Source: Halarcobacter sp. (GTDB taxonomy: Bacteria > Campylobacterota > Campylobacteria > Campylobacterales > Arcobacteraceae). Taken from it: a stretch of 64,000 nt of DNA. The DNA lies in assembly GCA_963676565.1 (NCBI GenBank), contig OY781089.1, positions 832,001 through 896,000 of the forward strand, written 5' to 3'. The position numbers and the translations under genes were made by a program. Below are positions 40,178 to 50,979 of the stretch, in pieces. The notes under the pieces were generated by a model. It was not told the origin of the DNA and did not search any database. It saw only the letters and a program-made list of their open reading frames with translations. Each line of letters begins with the position of its first letter. Within the stretch, counting starts at the first letter, position 1.

Positions 40178-41103
40178 AATGTATTCACTTTATATTTTTC
40201 TTTAAATTTTCTAATCATCATTAATGAAACAATATTTAGAGCTAGCGTTACAATAAATAAAACTAGTCCTAGGGCAAATGCAACTAATGTTTCAGGTGAA
40301 TTGAACGCTTGGTCACCTACAAGTGCATCTACAATTCTAACTGTTACTGTTGTCATATCCTCAAGCGGATTAATTGATAGGTTTGGTCTTAACCCTGCTG
40401 CCATTACAACAATCATTGTTTCACCAATAGCTTTTGAAAAACCTAATAAACAAGCTGAAATAATTCCTGGTAATGCAGATGGTAAAACAATATCTTTGAT
40501 AGTTTCACCTTGTGTCATTCCAAGACCAAATGCAGCTTTTCTTTGAGAATCTGGAACTGCTCTAATAACATCATCAGATAATGATGAGATAACAGGAATA
40601 ATCATAATACCCATTACAACACCAGATGCTAATGCAGAGTTAAAAGTGGCTTCTAAACCAAATAATGCAGCAACTTTTACTACAAATGGAGCAACTGTAA
40701 TGGCTGCAAAGAAACCATATACAACTGTTGGAATACCAGCTAAAATCTCTAATATTGGTTTTAAATAGTCTCTTGTTTTATTTGATGCATACTCACTCAT
40801 AAAAACAGCAGAACCAAGACCAATTGGAATAGCAACTGTAAGTGCAATAATTGTAATCATCATTGTACCAGCAAAAATAGGTATTGCACCAAACTGACTT
40901 CCAACTTGTCCCGGAGACCAAACAGTCCCTGTTAGAAAGTACCAGAAGCTTCTAAGTTTAAAAAACTCAATTGCTTCAAAAAGAATTGAAAAAAGAATAC
41001 CAAAAGTAGTTAGAATAGAAATAGTTGATGCAACTATTAATGCTAACTTAATTATTTTCTCTTTCATTTCATTTGATTTATTTTTTGATTCAAAAGAATG
41101 CAA
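40174..41103 (-). CDS. pstC: Phosphate ABC transporter permease
   Basis: LAGIPTVVYGFF, AIGETMIV; TTG start with AAGG RBS. Confidence 0.94.
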   Translation of the reverse strand: MHSFESKNKSNEMKEKIIKLALIVASTISILTTFGILFSILFEAIEFFKLRSFWYFLTGTVWSPGQVGSQFGAIPIFAGTMMITIIALTVAIPIGLGSAVFMSEYASNKTRDYLKPILEILAGIPTVVYGFFAAITVAPFVVKVAALFGLEATFNSALASGVVMGIMIIPVISSLSDDVIRAVPDSQRKAAFGLGMTQGETIKDIVLPSALPGIISACLLGFSKAIGETMIVVMAAGLRPNLSINPLEDMTTVTVRIVDALVGDQAFNSPETLVAFALGLVLFIVTLALNIVSLMMIRKFKEKYKVNTL

Positions 41104-41135
41104 GTCGTACCTTTATTTAATGAAATTTTGTACGA

Positions 41136-41169
41136 ATTTTATACAGTTTAGGTTACAGGTAAGTTACAT
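41136..41169 (-). promoter_or_regulatory. Pho box plus -10 for pstCAB-phoU
   Basis: Minus strand aTGTAAC-ttac-cTGTAAC (11-bp period), then 10 bp, then TAAAAT; matches the PhoB box layout CTGTCAT-N4-CTGTCAY-N10-(-10). Confidence 0.7.
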
Positions 41170-42885
41170 CCTAATTGAAATACCATAAGGAACATTGCAA
41201 AGCTTAGATTGTTTTTTGATTTTTCCTAAATTTTCATTAAACGTTTCTTCCGATGATTTCTCACAAATTTCTATAATGGCTGCACTAATACCAAGTAGAT
41301 TAAAATTTCTTTCAACACCAAATCTATCTTTTGCAATAATATATTTTCTGTCTAAATCCTCTTTTGTATATAGACTTGAAACATTTACTTCAAAGCTTTC
41401 AGTGAGAAACTTTATGACTTCATATACTTCTTCATAAGTTTTATCAATAAAGCCTATAAAGAAATCATCACCACCTATATGTGCGACAAAGTCTTCATTT
41501 GAAATTGTTTTTTGAAGAAGCTCAGAAAAAATCAATATTGCTCTATCCCCTTGTCTAAATCCATATTTATCATTAAAGGGTTTAAAATCATTAAAATCAA
41601 AATAAACAATATGGGCATTAAGTTTTTCACTAAATATTGTATGCAGATAAATTTCAATCTGTTTATTCCCTGGTAGTTTTGTTAGTGGATTTTGGTTTTG
41701 TGCAATCTCCAAGTTTCTTTTATATGAAAGTGATAAAAGGTTATTAAGACTAATAAAACCAAAATATTTATTTTCTTTTGTAACAAAAATACCTTTTGCA
41801 TCATTCATCATATGAAATATTTCAAGTGCTTTATCAATTCCCCATTTTATATCAATTTGGGGAACAGGTTTTATAAAATGTTTTAACTTTGCTCTAAAGG
41901 CATCATTTTTAGCTAATGCTAATCCATACTGTGAGTAAGATATCCTTTTTATATCAACTTCATAGATAGCACCTAAAATATTTAAATTTTTATCAATTAT
42001 AGGAACAAAGGTATTTTGTGTATGCTCTTTGAAGTATATAAAAAGGTCATGTAAAGAGGAGTCATCTGTTATTGGTTCTATTTGTTCAATGTATGATTTA
42101 TCAATTTTATCATTATTGATTAGTCTTTTATCCTCTTTTATAAATTCAAGTTTTGAATAGCTCTTTTTTATTTCATTTATCTTCAGAGTTGGTTTTGCAA
42201 CAAGATACCCTTGAATAAAATCTATTTTTAGATCTTTACAAGTATAATATTCAGAAATATTTTCAACACCTTCTGCTATAACCTTTATTCCCATAATATG
42301 TGCCATATCTACTAAAGAAGCGCAAAAAAGTTTTTTCTTATGGTCTGAATTAATATTTTGTATAAAAAATTTATCAATTTTTATAAAGTTAGTGTCAGAG
42401 ATATAAAGTAAATGAAGGCCTGAAATACCAGTACCAAAATCATCAATTGCAATACTATAACCATATTCTTTATAGGTATTTATTATATCTATAAAAAGTT
42501 TTTGGTCATCAAATTTAAAGTGTTCTGTTAGTTCAAAACACATTTTGTCTGTATCTATATTAAGTTTTTTTAAAAGTTCTAATGTTGTTCCAATTTTAAA
42601 ATCTTTTACAGTAAAAAATCTATTGTCTACATTGTAAAATAGTTTTAAATCTTTAATTCCTATTGCTTTGTATTTTTTTAATGCTTTTTCTCTTAAGATA
42701 TTATCTATTTCAAATAACATATCTTTTTTATATATGTAATCAAAAAAATCTGAGATTTCATTAAATCCTAGTTGTTGTGTATTTCTAATAAGTGCCTCAA
42801 CCGCAAAAGTTTTTCCTGAGTATGTATTAATAATTGGTTGAAAAGCAAAATCTAGCTTATCAATTCTTGCTAGTATATTTTTCAT
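41164..42885 (-). CDS. EAL-CBS-GGDEF cyclic-di-GMP turnover protein
   Basis: AFQPI, VEALIR, IDDFGTG, KIDKFF, AEGVE, QGY; central CBS-like pair; NPLTKLPGN, FKPFNDKYG, GGDDF. Confidence 0.9.
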   Translation of the reverse strand: MKNILARIDKLDFAFQPIINTYSGKTFAVEALIRNTQQLGFNEISDFFDYIYKKDMLFEIDNILREKALKKYKAIGIKDLKLFYNVDNRFFTVKDFKIGTTLELLKKLNIDTDKMCFELTEHFKFDDQKLFIDIINTYKEYGYSIAIDDFGTGISGLHLLYISDTNFIKIDKFFIQNINSDHKKKLFCASLVDMAHIMGIKVIAEGVENISEYYTCKDLKIDFIQGYLVAKPTLKINEIKKSYSKLEFIKEDKRLINNDKIDKSYIEQIEPITDDSSLHDLFIYFKEHTQNTFVPIIDKNLNILGAIYEVDIKRISYSQYGLALAKNDAFRAKLKHFIKPVPQIDIKWGIDKALEIFHMMNDAKGIFVTKENKYFGFISLNNLLSLSYKRNLEIAQNQNPLTKLPGNKQIEIYLHTIFSEKLNAHIVYFDFNDFKPFNDKYGFRQGDRAILIFSELLQKTISNEDFVAHIGGDDFFIGFIDKTYEEVYEVIKFLTESFEVNVSSLYTKEDLDRKYIIAKDRFGVERNFNLLGISAAIIEICEKSSEETFNENLGKIKKQSKLCNVPYGISIRM

Positions 42886-42907
42886 AAAACATCCAAATTG
42901 AAGAGAT

Positions 42908-42937
42908 AAAAAAAGAGAAGGCCTTAACCTTCTCTTT
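42908..42937 (-). terminator. Terminator or mRNA-stabilising hairpin after pstS
   Basis: aaagagaagg-N6-ccttctcttt followed by a U-run on the minus strand. Confidence 0.7.
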
Positions 42938-42959
42938 AAAAGTGAGAGTTATTATTTAA

Positions 42960-44012
42960 TTAGTGTTTTTTTAAATCATCTAAAGTTAATTTTTTTCCTG
43001 CAGTAACAGATTTTCTTAACTCAGCTCTTTGTGCATCTGGTAAAGCAATTAATCCAATTTCAGCTAAGATTCCCTCAGAACCAATCATATTCTCAGACAT
43101 GAACATATTTACATATTCGTTCATTGCTGGAACATCTTTTTTATGAGAGTTTTTAGTATAGAAGAATAATGATCTAGCAATTGGATATTTACCAGCTGCA
43201 ATTGTTTCTGGGTTTGGTTGAACACCATTTACAGAAGCACCAACTAATTTGTCATCATTTTCCATTAAGAAAGAGTATCCAAAGATTCCGAATGCATTTT
43301 TGTTTTTAGTTAATTTTTGAACAATAATGTTATCATTTTCACCTGATGGTACATAAACACCGTCAGTTCTTATTACAGAGTATTTTTTATATTTTTTGTT
43401 AGCTTTTTTATCAGCTTCGTAAAGGTCAGTATATACTGCCATTTTTTTGAATGTACCTTGCATTACCATCTCTTCGAAAGCATCTCTAGTCCCAGAAGAT
43501 TTTGGTGGTCCATAAACAATAATTTCTCTATTTGGTAAAGAAGCATCAATTTGATTCCAAGTTTTATATGGGTTTTTAACTAATGATTTACCATCTTTTG
43601 AAGGTACTTCTTCTGCAACTGCTAAAGCTAATTGAGCTTTAGTTACAGCAAATGCACCATTTGATTTATCTTGAGCAAATGCAATACCATCATAACCAAT
43701 AACAGCTTCAGTAATATCAGTAACACCATTTTTTTCACATAATGCAAACTCTTTAGCTTTCATTCTTCTTGAAGCATTTGTGATATCTGGAGTATTTAAA
43801 TCATTTCCAGCACAAAATAATTTCATACCACCACCTGAACCAGTTGATTCAACTACAGGAGTTGGGAATTTAGTTGTTGCACCTAATTCTTCAGCAACAG
43901 CAGAAGAGAATGGGTATACTGTAGATGAACCTACGATTTTGATTTGATCTCTAGCAGAAAGAGAAACAGTTAAAGCTGCAGATGCTAATAAAGCAATTGA
44001 CGTTTTTTTCAT
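42960..44012 (-). CDS. pstS: Phosphate-binding periplasmic protein
   Basis: Signal peptide, GSSTVYP, STGSGGG, NASR, SGTRDAF, YPIARSLFFY. Confidence 0.95.
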   Translation of the reverse strand: MKKTSIALLASAALTVSLSARDQIKIVGSSTVYPFSSAVAEELGATTKFPTPVVESTGSGGGMKLFCAGNDLNTPDITNASRRMKAKEFALCEKNGVTDITEAVIGYDGIAFAQDKSNGAFAVTKAQLALAVAEEVPSKDGKSLVKNPYKTWNQIDASLPNREIIVYGPPKSSGTRDAFEEMVMQGTFKKMAVYTDLYEADKKANKKYKKYSVIRTDGVYVPSGENDNIIVQKLTKNKNAFGIFGYSFLMENDDKLVGASVNGVQPNPETIAAGKYPIARSLFFYTKNSHKKDVPAMNEYVNMFMSENMIGSEGILAEIGLIALPDAQRAELRKSVTAGKKLTLDDLKKH

Positions 44013-44046
44013 TGTGAATGTCTCCGTAAATAAAATTTATGGTGAA

Positions 44047-44080
44047 AGTTTAATCATTTCCGATTACATTTTGGTGACAC
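44047..44080 (-). promoter_or_regulatory. Pho box plus -10 for pstS
   Basis: Minus strand gTGTCAC-caaa-aTGTAAT, then 10 bp, then TAAACT. Confidence 0.7.
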
Positions 44081-44181
44081 CTCTAGCTTAAATTCTTTAA
44101 ATACCTATAAATAGAGCTTTGTGGATTTTTTGATTTTAGTTTAGGATTATTTTATTAATGTTTTAAAAGAAGTAAATGGGA

Positions 44182-45249
44182 TTATAACCCATTTGCTTCT
44201 ATAAGTCTAGCTTGATAGTCAGTAATTAATGGGTCAATGATTTCATCAAAAAGCCCATCATTCATAATTGCATCTAATCTATATAGTGTTAAGTTAATTC
44301 TGTGGTCTGAGACTCTTCCTTGTGGATAATTATATGTTCTAATTCTTCCACTTCTATCTCCAGTACCAACTTGCTCTTTTCTATCAGCTCCCTCTTTTTG
44401 CATTTTTTCTTGCAGTTCTAGGTCATAAAGTCTAGCTTTTAAAACTTTCATAGCTTTATCTTTATTTTTGTGCTGAGATTTTTGATCTTGGTTTGTAACA
44501 ACAATACCTGACGGAATATGAGTAATTCTAACAGCAGAGTCTGTTGTATTTACAGATTGACCACCATTACCACTTGCTCTCATTACATCAATTTTTAAAT
44601 CATTTGGATTGATATCTATTTCTACATCATCAACTTCTGGCATAACTGCAACAGTAATAGCTGATGTATGAACTCTTCCCTGAGATTCAGTAGCGGGTAC
44701 TCTTTGAACTCTATGGGTACCACCTTCAAATTTTAACTTTGAATAAACATGGTCACCTTTAAATAAAGCTACAATCTCTTTAAACCCACCAGCTTCACTC
44801 TCACTTTGGTTCATAAGTTCTACTTTCCAACCATTTGATTCTGCATATCTTAAGTAGGCTCTAAAAAGGTCACCAACAAAAATTGCAGCTTCATCTCCAC
44901 CAGTTCCTGCTCTTAGTTCTAAATAGATATTTTTATCATCATTAGGATCTTTTGGAATCATCAAAAATTTGATATCTTCTGCAATTTCAGGTAGTTTTTG
45001 TTCAAGCTCTTTTAGCTCTTCTTTGGCTAGTTCAGCTAACTCGTCATCATCAAGCATCATTTTATTATCTTCAATATCTTCTAAAGTTTTTATATACTCT
45101 TTAGCCTTGTTCACAATTGGTTCAATACTTGATTGTTCTTTTGAAAGTTCTGTCATCCTTTTTATATCAGATATGATATCAGGAGAGATTAACAATTGGT
45201 TAATCTCCTCATATCTGTCTATAAAAGGCTGTAATTTATCTTGTAGCAT
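44182..45249 (-). CDS. prfA: Peptide chain release factor 1
   Basis: PAT anticodon motif (RVPATE), [11 protein letters not shown]. Confidence 0.97.
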   Translation of the reverse strand: MLQDKLQPFIDRYEEINQLLISPDIISDIKRMTELSKEQSSIEPIVNKAKEYIKTLEDIEDNKMMLDDDELAELAKEELKELEQKLPEIAEDIKFLMIPKDPNDDKNIYLELRAGTGGDEAAIFVGDLFRAYLRYAESNGWKVELMNQSESEAGGFKEIVALFKGDHVYSKLKFEGGTHRVQRVPATESQGRVHTSAITVAVMPEVDDVEIDINPNDLKIDVMRASGNGGQSVNTTDSAVRITHIPSGIVVTNQDQKSQHKNKDKAMKVLKARLYDLELQEKMQKEGADRKEQVGTGDRSGRIRTYNYPQGRVSDHRINLTLYRLDAIMNDGLFDEIIDPLITDYQARLIEANGL

Positions 45250-45298
45250 ATTTGTTTAAATTTATTTGTTATAGACTAATTAATATTAAAAAATAAAA

Positions 45299-45559
45299 TT
45301 ATATAGCATTAACTTTTGTTTGCAGTCTAGAAACTTTTCTTGCTGCAGTACCTTTTTTTAGGATACCTTTAGAAACACAGTGGTGAATGTATTTGTTTGC
45401 AGCTTTCATTGCTTCGCTTGCTTTTTCTTTATCAGCACCTTCAACTGCAGATAATACATCTTTTGTTACGTTTTTAATTCTAGTTTTATAGAATCTGTTT
45501 CTTTCAGTTCTAACTTTAGTTTGTCTAGCTCTTTTCTCAGCAGATTTGTGATTTGCCAT
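45299..45559 (-). CDS. rpsT: 30S ribosomal protein S20
   Basis: [10 protein letters not shown]...AARKVSRL. Confidence 0.97.
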   Translation of the reverse strand: MANHKSAEKRARQTKVRTERNRFYKTRIKNVTKDVLSAVEGADKEKASEAMKAANKYIHHCVSKGILKKGTAARKVSRLQTKVNAI

Positions 45560-45666
45560 TATTTTTTAACCTCTTTATAAAATTTTTAAGGGTAGAATAA
45601 TATCTAATTTTCTTTAAAATTGACTTAAAATAAGCAAAATTTAATAAAAAACATAGAAGGACTTTT

Positions 45667-47001
45667 ATGAAACTGTTTGGAACAGATGGAGTTAGAGGTA
45701 AAGCAGGGGACTTTTTAGACGCTATTACTGTATTAAAGTTAGCAAAAGCGGCGGGTATTTATTTTAGAAAGAATTCAAGTACAAAAAGAATACTTGTTGG
45801 TAAAGATACCAGAAAAAGTGGTTATATGATTGAAAATGCTCTAGTTAGTGGCTTAACATCTGTTGGGTACAATGTAATTCAAATTGGTCCTATGCCAACA
45901 CCTGCAATTGCATATTTAACAGAATCTATGAGATGTGATGCTGGAATTATGATTAGTGCATCCCACAATCCTTATGAAGATAATGGTATTAAGTTTTTTG
46001 ATAATCATGGTGATAAATTAGGAACAGATGCTGAAAAAGAGATTGAAAATATTTTTAAATGTGATGAAACCTTAATGAGTGAACAAGTTACAGGAAGAAA
46101 TATTGGCTCATCAAAAAGAATTGATGATGTTATTGGAAGATATATTGTATCTATTAAAAGCACTTTTCCTCAAGATTTATCTTTGGCAAATATGAGAATA
46201 GTATTAGACTGCGCCAATGGGGCAGCATATAAAGTAGCTCCTACTATATTAGATGAGTTAGGTGCAGAGGTTATTACAATTAATGATAAACCAAATGGAT
46301 ACAATATTAATGATAATTGCGGAGCTCTACATCCAGAAAATGTTGGAAAACTAGTTAGAGAATATAGAGCTGATTTGGGAATCGCTTTAGATGGTGATGC
46401 AGATAGATTAGTTGTAGTTGATGAAAATGGTGAAGTTATAGATGGAGATAAACTTTTAGGGGCTTTAACTTTATTTTTGAAAAATGAGGGGCAACTTAAA
46501 GGTGATGCTTGTGTGGCTACTGTTATGTCAAACAAAGCATTAGAAGATTTTTTAAATTCTCATGGGTTAAATCTACTTAGATCAAACGTTGGGGATAAAA
46601 ATGTATTAGAACTTATGAAAAAAGATGATATCAATTTTGGTGGGGAACAAAGTGGACATATAATTTTTGCAGATGCTGCAAAAACTGGTGATGGACTTGC
46701 TTCTGCACTCCAAGTTTTAGCACTTATTATTAGAAGTGGTAAAAAAGCTAGTGAGGTTTTAAACCCATTTGATTTATATCCACAAACTTTAGTTAATCTA
46801 AATGTAAGTGAGAAAAAGCCATTAAATAAAATTGAAGGCTTAGAAGAATTACTTCAATCAATTAGAGATAAAGGGATTAGAGATTTAATTAGATATTCTG
46901 GAACAGAAAATAAAATAAGACTTCTTTTAGAAGGGAAAAATCAAAAAGATGTGGCTGAATCTATGAAGGAATTAGAGGCATTTATAAAAAAAGCATTATA
47001 A
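45667..47001 (+). CDS. glmM: Phosphoglucosamine mutase
   Basis: [34 protein letters not shown]. Confidence 0.96.
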   Translation: MKLFGTDGVRGKAGDFLDAITVLKLAKAAGIYFRKNSSTKRILVGKDTRKSGYMIENALVSGLTSVGYNVIQIGPMPTPAIAYLTESMRCDAGIMISASHNPYEDNGIKFFDNHGDKLGTDAEKEIENIFKCDETLMSEQVTGRNIGSSKRIDDVIGRYIVSIKSTFPQDLSLANMRIVLDCANGAAYKVAPTILDELGAEVITINDKPNGYNINDNCGALHPENVGKLVREYRADLGIALDGDADRLVVVDENGEVIDGDKLLGALTLFLKNEGQLKGDACVATVMSNKALEDFLNSHGLNLLRSNVGDKNVLELMKKDDINFGGEQSGHIIFADAAKTGDGLASALQVLALIIRSGKKASEVLNPFDLYPQTLVNLNVSEKKPLNKIEGLEELLQSIRDKGIRDLIRYSGTENKIRLLLEGKNQKDVAESMKELEAFIKKAL

Positions 47002-47004
47002 AAG

Positions 47005-47469
47005 ATGGAAAAAAAATTAAAAATTAGTTTTACTATATTTACATGTATATTTATTTTTGATCAAATTATAAAATACGGTTTTGCAAATTATGATTGGAAT
47101 ATTGAAGGTCCTTATATGTCTTTGCAATTAGCATATAACTATGGGGTAGCTTTTTCAATGTTTTCTTTCCTTGATGGATATTTAAAGTATATTCAATTGG
47201 GCTTGGTATTAATTGGTTTAATTTATTTATATATAAATAAAGATGTATTTATACAGTATTATATTCCAATTGCATTATTGTTTGCAGGTGGTTTATCAAA
47301 TATTTTAGATAGATTTACTTATGGTGGAGTTGTTGATTATTTTTATTGGCATTACGGTTTTGAATTTGCGATTTTTAATATTGCAGATGTAATTATAAAT
47401 TTAAGCATTGCTATAATTATTTATATACAAATAAAACAAGCTAGATTAGAGAAAAAAAGCAAAGTTTAA
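47005..47469 (+). CDS. lspA: Lipoprotein signal peptidase II
   Basis: DQIIK, NYGVAFS, NILDR, GVVDY, FNIADV. Confidence 0.95.
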   Translation: MEKKLKISFTIFTCIFIFDQIIKYGFANYDWNIEGPYMSLQLAYNYGVAFSMFSFLDGYLKYIQLGLVLIGLIYLYINKDVFIQYYIPIALLFAGGLSNILDRFTYGGVVDYFYWHYGFEFAIFNIADVIINLSIAIIIYIQIKQARLEKKSKV

Positions 47470-47535
47470 ACTCTTAAAAAAAAATTAGCTATAATCCAAG
47501 GCTAAAAGAAAAAGAAAAATTAAAAGTAGGTATTT

Positions 47536-48816
47536 ATGGGTCAGACTATTACGGAAAAAATTTTTAGTGAACATGTAGGAAAAGAAGTATTTGCAGGAGA
47601 GATTGTAAGAAGTCCAATTGATATGGTAATTGGAAATGATATTACAACTCCAATCTCAATTAGAGCATTTGAAGAGGGTGGCTTTGAAAAATTAGCAAAT
47701 CCAGAAGGGTTTGCAATTGTTCTTGACCACTTTATTCCAGCAAAAGATATTGCATCGGCTAATCAAGCAAAAATCTCAAGAGATTTTGCTATGAAACATG
47801 ATTTAAAATATTTCTTCGATGAAAAAGATATGGGTATTGAACATGCACTTTTACCTGAAAAAGGGTTAGTATTACCTGGTGATGTAATTATTGGTGCAGA
47901 TTCACATACTTGTACACATGGTGGACTAGGTGCATTCTCAACTGGTATGGGAAGTACTGATATCTCATTTGGTATGATTACAGGTGGAAACTGGTTTAAA
48001 GTTCCAGAATCTATTAAAGTTGTAATGACTGGAAAACCATCAGAGTTTGTATCTGGAAAAGATATTATTCTTGAGGTTATCAGACAATTAGGTGTTGATG
48101 GAGCTTTATACCAAGCTTTAGAATTTACGGGGGATACTGTTAAACATTTAAGTATGGATGATAGATTCTCTATTTGTAATATGGCTATTGAAGCTGGAGC
48201 TAAAAATGGTATCTTTGCATATGATGAAACAACTGAAGAGTTTTTAAAGAAAACTGCTGAAGCAAATGGTGGATTAAGAGCAGAGCCTAAAATTCATTAT
48301 TCTGATGAAGATGCAATATATACAAAGGTTATTGAAATCAATGTTGCGGAACTTGAACCAGTAATTGCATATCCATTTTTACCAGATAATGGACATTCTG
48401 TTTCTCAAGCAGTAAAAGATAACATTAGAGTAGACCAAGTATTTATTGGATCATGTACAAATGGTAGATTAAGTGATTTTAAAATCGCAGCTGAGATTTT
48501 AGAAGGTAAAAAAGTTGCACGTCATGTAAGAATGATTTTAACTCCAGGTACTCAAAAAATCCTAAGAGATGCAACAAAAGCAGGTTATATTGATACTTTA
48601 GTTGACGCTGGTGCAGTTGTATCAAATCCAACTTGTGGAGCATGTTTAGGTGGATACATGGGAATCTTAGGTGATAATGAGGTTTGTATCTCTACAACAA
48701 ATAGAAACTTTGTTGGTAGAATGGGAAGTAGATCATCTAAAATTTATTTAGCTAATAGTGCAGTTGCAGCAGCAAGTGCAATCTCTGGTTATATTACTGA
48801 CCCAAAAAGTATCTAA
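47536..48816 (+). CDS. leuC: 3-isopropylmalate dehydratase large subunit (LeuC type 2)
   Basis: DSHTCTHG, GSCTNGR, CGACLG, STTNRNFVGRMG. Confidence 0.9.
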   Translation: MGQTITEKIFSEHVGKEVFAGEIVRSPIDMVIGNDITTPISIRAFEEGGFEKLANPEGFAIVLDHFIPAKDIASANQAKISRDFAMKHDLKYFFDEKDMGIEHALLPEKGLVLPGDVIIGADSHTCTHGGLGAFSTGMGSTDISFGMITGGNWFKVPESIKVVMTGKPSEFVSGKDIILEVIRQLGVDGALYQALEFTGDTVKHLSMDDRFSICNMAIEAGAKNGIFAYDETTEEFLKKTAEANGGLRAEPKIHYSDEDAIYTKVIEINVAELEPVIAYPFLPDNGHSVSQAVKDNIRVDQVFIGSCTNGRLSDFKIAAEILEGKKVARHVRMILTPGTQKILRDATKAGYIDTLVDAGAVVSNPTCGACLGGYMGILGDNEVCISTTNRNFVGRMGSRSSKIYLANSAVAAASAISGYITDPKSI

Positions 48817-48818
48817 TT

Positions 48819-49385
48819 ATGTTTAATTTGCCATGCGTAATTTTATGCGGTGGTAAAAGTTCAAGAATGGGAGAAGACAAAGCTCTTCTTCCATTTTCTA
48901 CTTCTAAAACTCTTACAGAATATCAATACAAAAAATTAAAACCTTACTTCAAAGAGGTATATCTATCATCAAAAACTGAAAAGTTTAGTTTTGATAATAA
49001 ATTAATTTTAGATAAAGAAAAAGAGTATTCTCCTATAGTTGCTTTAAAATCAATATTTGAATTTTTTAAAGATGAAAGTAAACTATTTATTATAACAGTG
49101 GATACCCCACTTGTAGAAATCTCAACAATAGAAAAATTGATAAGTAAATCAAAAGATTATGATATAACCCTTGCAAAAACAGTAAATAGAGAACATAATC
49201 TGTGTGGAGTGTTTTCCACAAAAGCTATAATTGAAGTTGAAAACATGCTAAAAAACGACATCCATAAAGTTGGTTACCTTCTAAAAAAAATGGATACTAC
49301 TTTTATAGAATTTGAAAATGAGGATGAATTTATAAACCTTAATAATAAAGAAGAATATTATAAGGCAAAATCAATTATAAGCTAA
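48819..49385 (+). CDS. mobA: Molybdenum cofactor guanylyltransferase
   Basis: LCGGKSSRMGEDKA, VDTP, FINLN. Confidence 0.9.
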   Translation: MFNLPCVILCGGKSSRMGEDKALLPFSTSKTLTEYQYKKLKPYFKEVYLSSKTEKFSFDNKLILDKEKEYSPIVALKSIFEFFKDESKLFIITVDTPLVEISTIEKLISKSKDYDITLAKTVNREHNLCGVFSTKAIIEVENMLKNDIHKVGYLLKKMDTTFIEFENEDEFINLNNKEEYYKAKSIIS

Positions 49386-49483
49386 AGTAATAATTATAAT
49401 TTATTTATTCAGCATAATTTAAGTTTATTATTATCAAACATTTGGTATCTTAATGAATACAATTTAAATTAAGGACTTTTATA

Positions 49484-50968
49484 ATGGGAAATAATGAGGA
49501 GCTAAAAAAAGCACTTGACATTCTAGATAGTGAGCTTAAAAAGAAAGGGATATCTAGAAGAGACGCACTTAAACTTGCTGGACTTGGTTCAGCTTCGTTT
49601 TTAATGGGAAATACAACTGAAGTTGAGGCAGCAACAATTGCACAAGCTAGTGAAGCAAAAGGTAAAATAGTAATTGTTGGTGGTGGACTAGCTGGTATTG
49701 CAACTGCTGCAAAACTTTCAAATAACTTATCAAATCCAGATATTACTGTTATTGAACCAAATCCAATTTCTGTTTCGTATCAACCTGGACAAACATTAGT
49801 TGCAGCTGGGGTATGGGAAAAATCAGACATTGTTTATAATACTAAAGATTTTGTTCCAAGTGGTGTTAAAATGATTAAGGATAAAGTTGCAGAGTTTGAC
49901 CCTGAAGCAAATAAGGTAAAAACTGAAGGTGGACAAGAGATTTCATATGACTTTTTAGTTGTTGCAACAGGTTTAGTACTTGATTATGGAAAAATTAAAG
50001 GTTTAGAAGGTGTTGGTTATTCTGCAGAAGCAAATGAAACAGTATCTCAAAAAGTTGGTAAAAATGGAGTTCATTCAATCTATTATGCCGATGGAGCTGT
50101 TAATACTTGGAAAGGTATGCAAGAGTTTATTTCTGAAGCAAAATCTGGTAAAAAAGTAAAAGGTTTATTTACTCACCCAAATACTCCAATTAAATGTGGT
50201 GGAGCTCCAAAGAAAATTATGTATTTAACTGATGCGAGATTAAGAGAAGCTGGAGTAAGGGATAATGCAGAATTATATTTTTATCCAAATGGTGGAAAAA
50301 TGTTTGGTGTTCCAGAATATCATGAAGCGATTGTAAAACAATTTGAAGCAAGAGATATGAAATGGGAATACAAAAACAATCTTGTTGAAATTGATGTTAA
50401 TAAAAAAATTGCAACTTTTGAAAAAAAATGGTTAGAAAAAGGTGCATACGACGAGATTATTGAAGATTATGAGATGATTCCTATGGCTAAAAAAATTGAA
50501 AGAGAATATGACTTTATTCATATTACTCCTCCAATGAGAGCACCAGATGCTGTTAAAAATTCTTCTTTAGCATGGCAAAGAGGTAGTGCTGCAAAAGGTG
50601 GATGGGTAGAACTTGATAAAGAGACTTTACAACATACAAGATATCCAAATGTATTTGGTCTTGGAGATGTTGCTGGTATTGCTATGGGAAAAACTGGTGG
50701 TAGTGCAAGAAAACAATATGCAGTATTAGTAGATAACTTAATTGCTGCAATGGAAGGTAAAGAGATGACTTCTAAATATGCAGGTTATACTGTATGTCCA
50801 TTAATTACTGGAATTGGTACAGTTATGTTAGCTGAATTTAATTGGACAGCAAAACCAACTCCATCATTTCCTCTAGACCCAACAGTTGAAAGATATATTT
50901 GGTGGTTATTAAAAGTTTATGCACTTAAACCTATGACTGTTTATGGAATGTTATCTGGACGAGCATAA
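49484..50968 (+). CDS. sqr: Tat-exported sulfide:quinone oxidoreductase-like flavoprotein (type II-like)
   Basis: Twin-arginine SRRDALK, GGGLAG FAD motif, YQPGQTLV, catalytic Cys pair IKCGGAPKK and YTVCPLITG. Confidence 0.8.
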   Translation: MGNNEELKKALDILDSELKKKGISRRDALKLAGLGSASFLMGNTTEVEAATIAQASEAKGKIVIVGGGLAGIATAAKLSNNLSNPDITVIEPNPISVSYQPGQTLVAAGVWEKSDIVYNTKDFVPSGVKMIKDKVAEFDPEANKVKTEGGQEISYDFLVVATGLVLDYGKIKGLEGVGYSAEANETVSQKVGKNGVHSIYYADGAVNTWKGMQEFISEAKSGKKVKGLFTHPNTPIKCGGAPKKIMYLTDARLREAGVRDNAELYFYPNGGKMFGVPEYHEAIVKQFEARDMKWEYKNNLVEIDVNKKIATFEKKWLEKGAYDEIIEDYEMIPMAKKIEREYDFIHITPPMRAPDAVKNSSLAWQRGSAAKGGWVELDKETLQHTRYPNVFGLGDVAGIAMGKTGGSARKQYAVLVDNLIAAMEGKEMTSKYAGYTVCPLITGIGTVMLAEFNWTAKPTPSFPLDPTVERYIWWLLKVYALKPMTVYGMLSGRA

Positions 50969-50979
50969 AAGAGTAAAAA

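Noticed and set aside
47536..48816. leuC without adjacent leuD
   Set aside because: Split leu genes are common; there is no sign of a novel pathway
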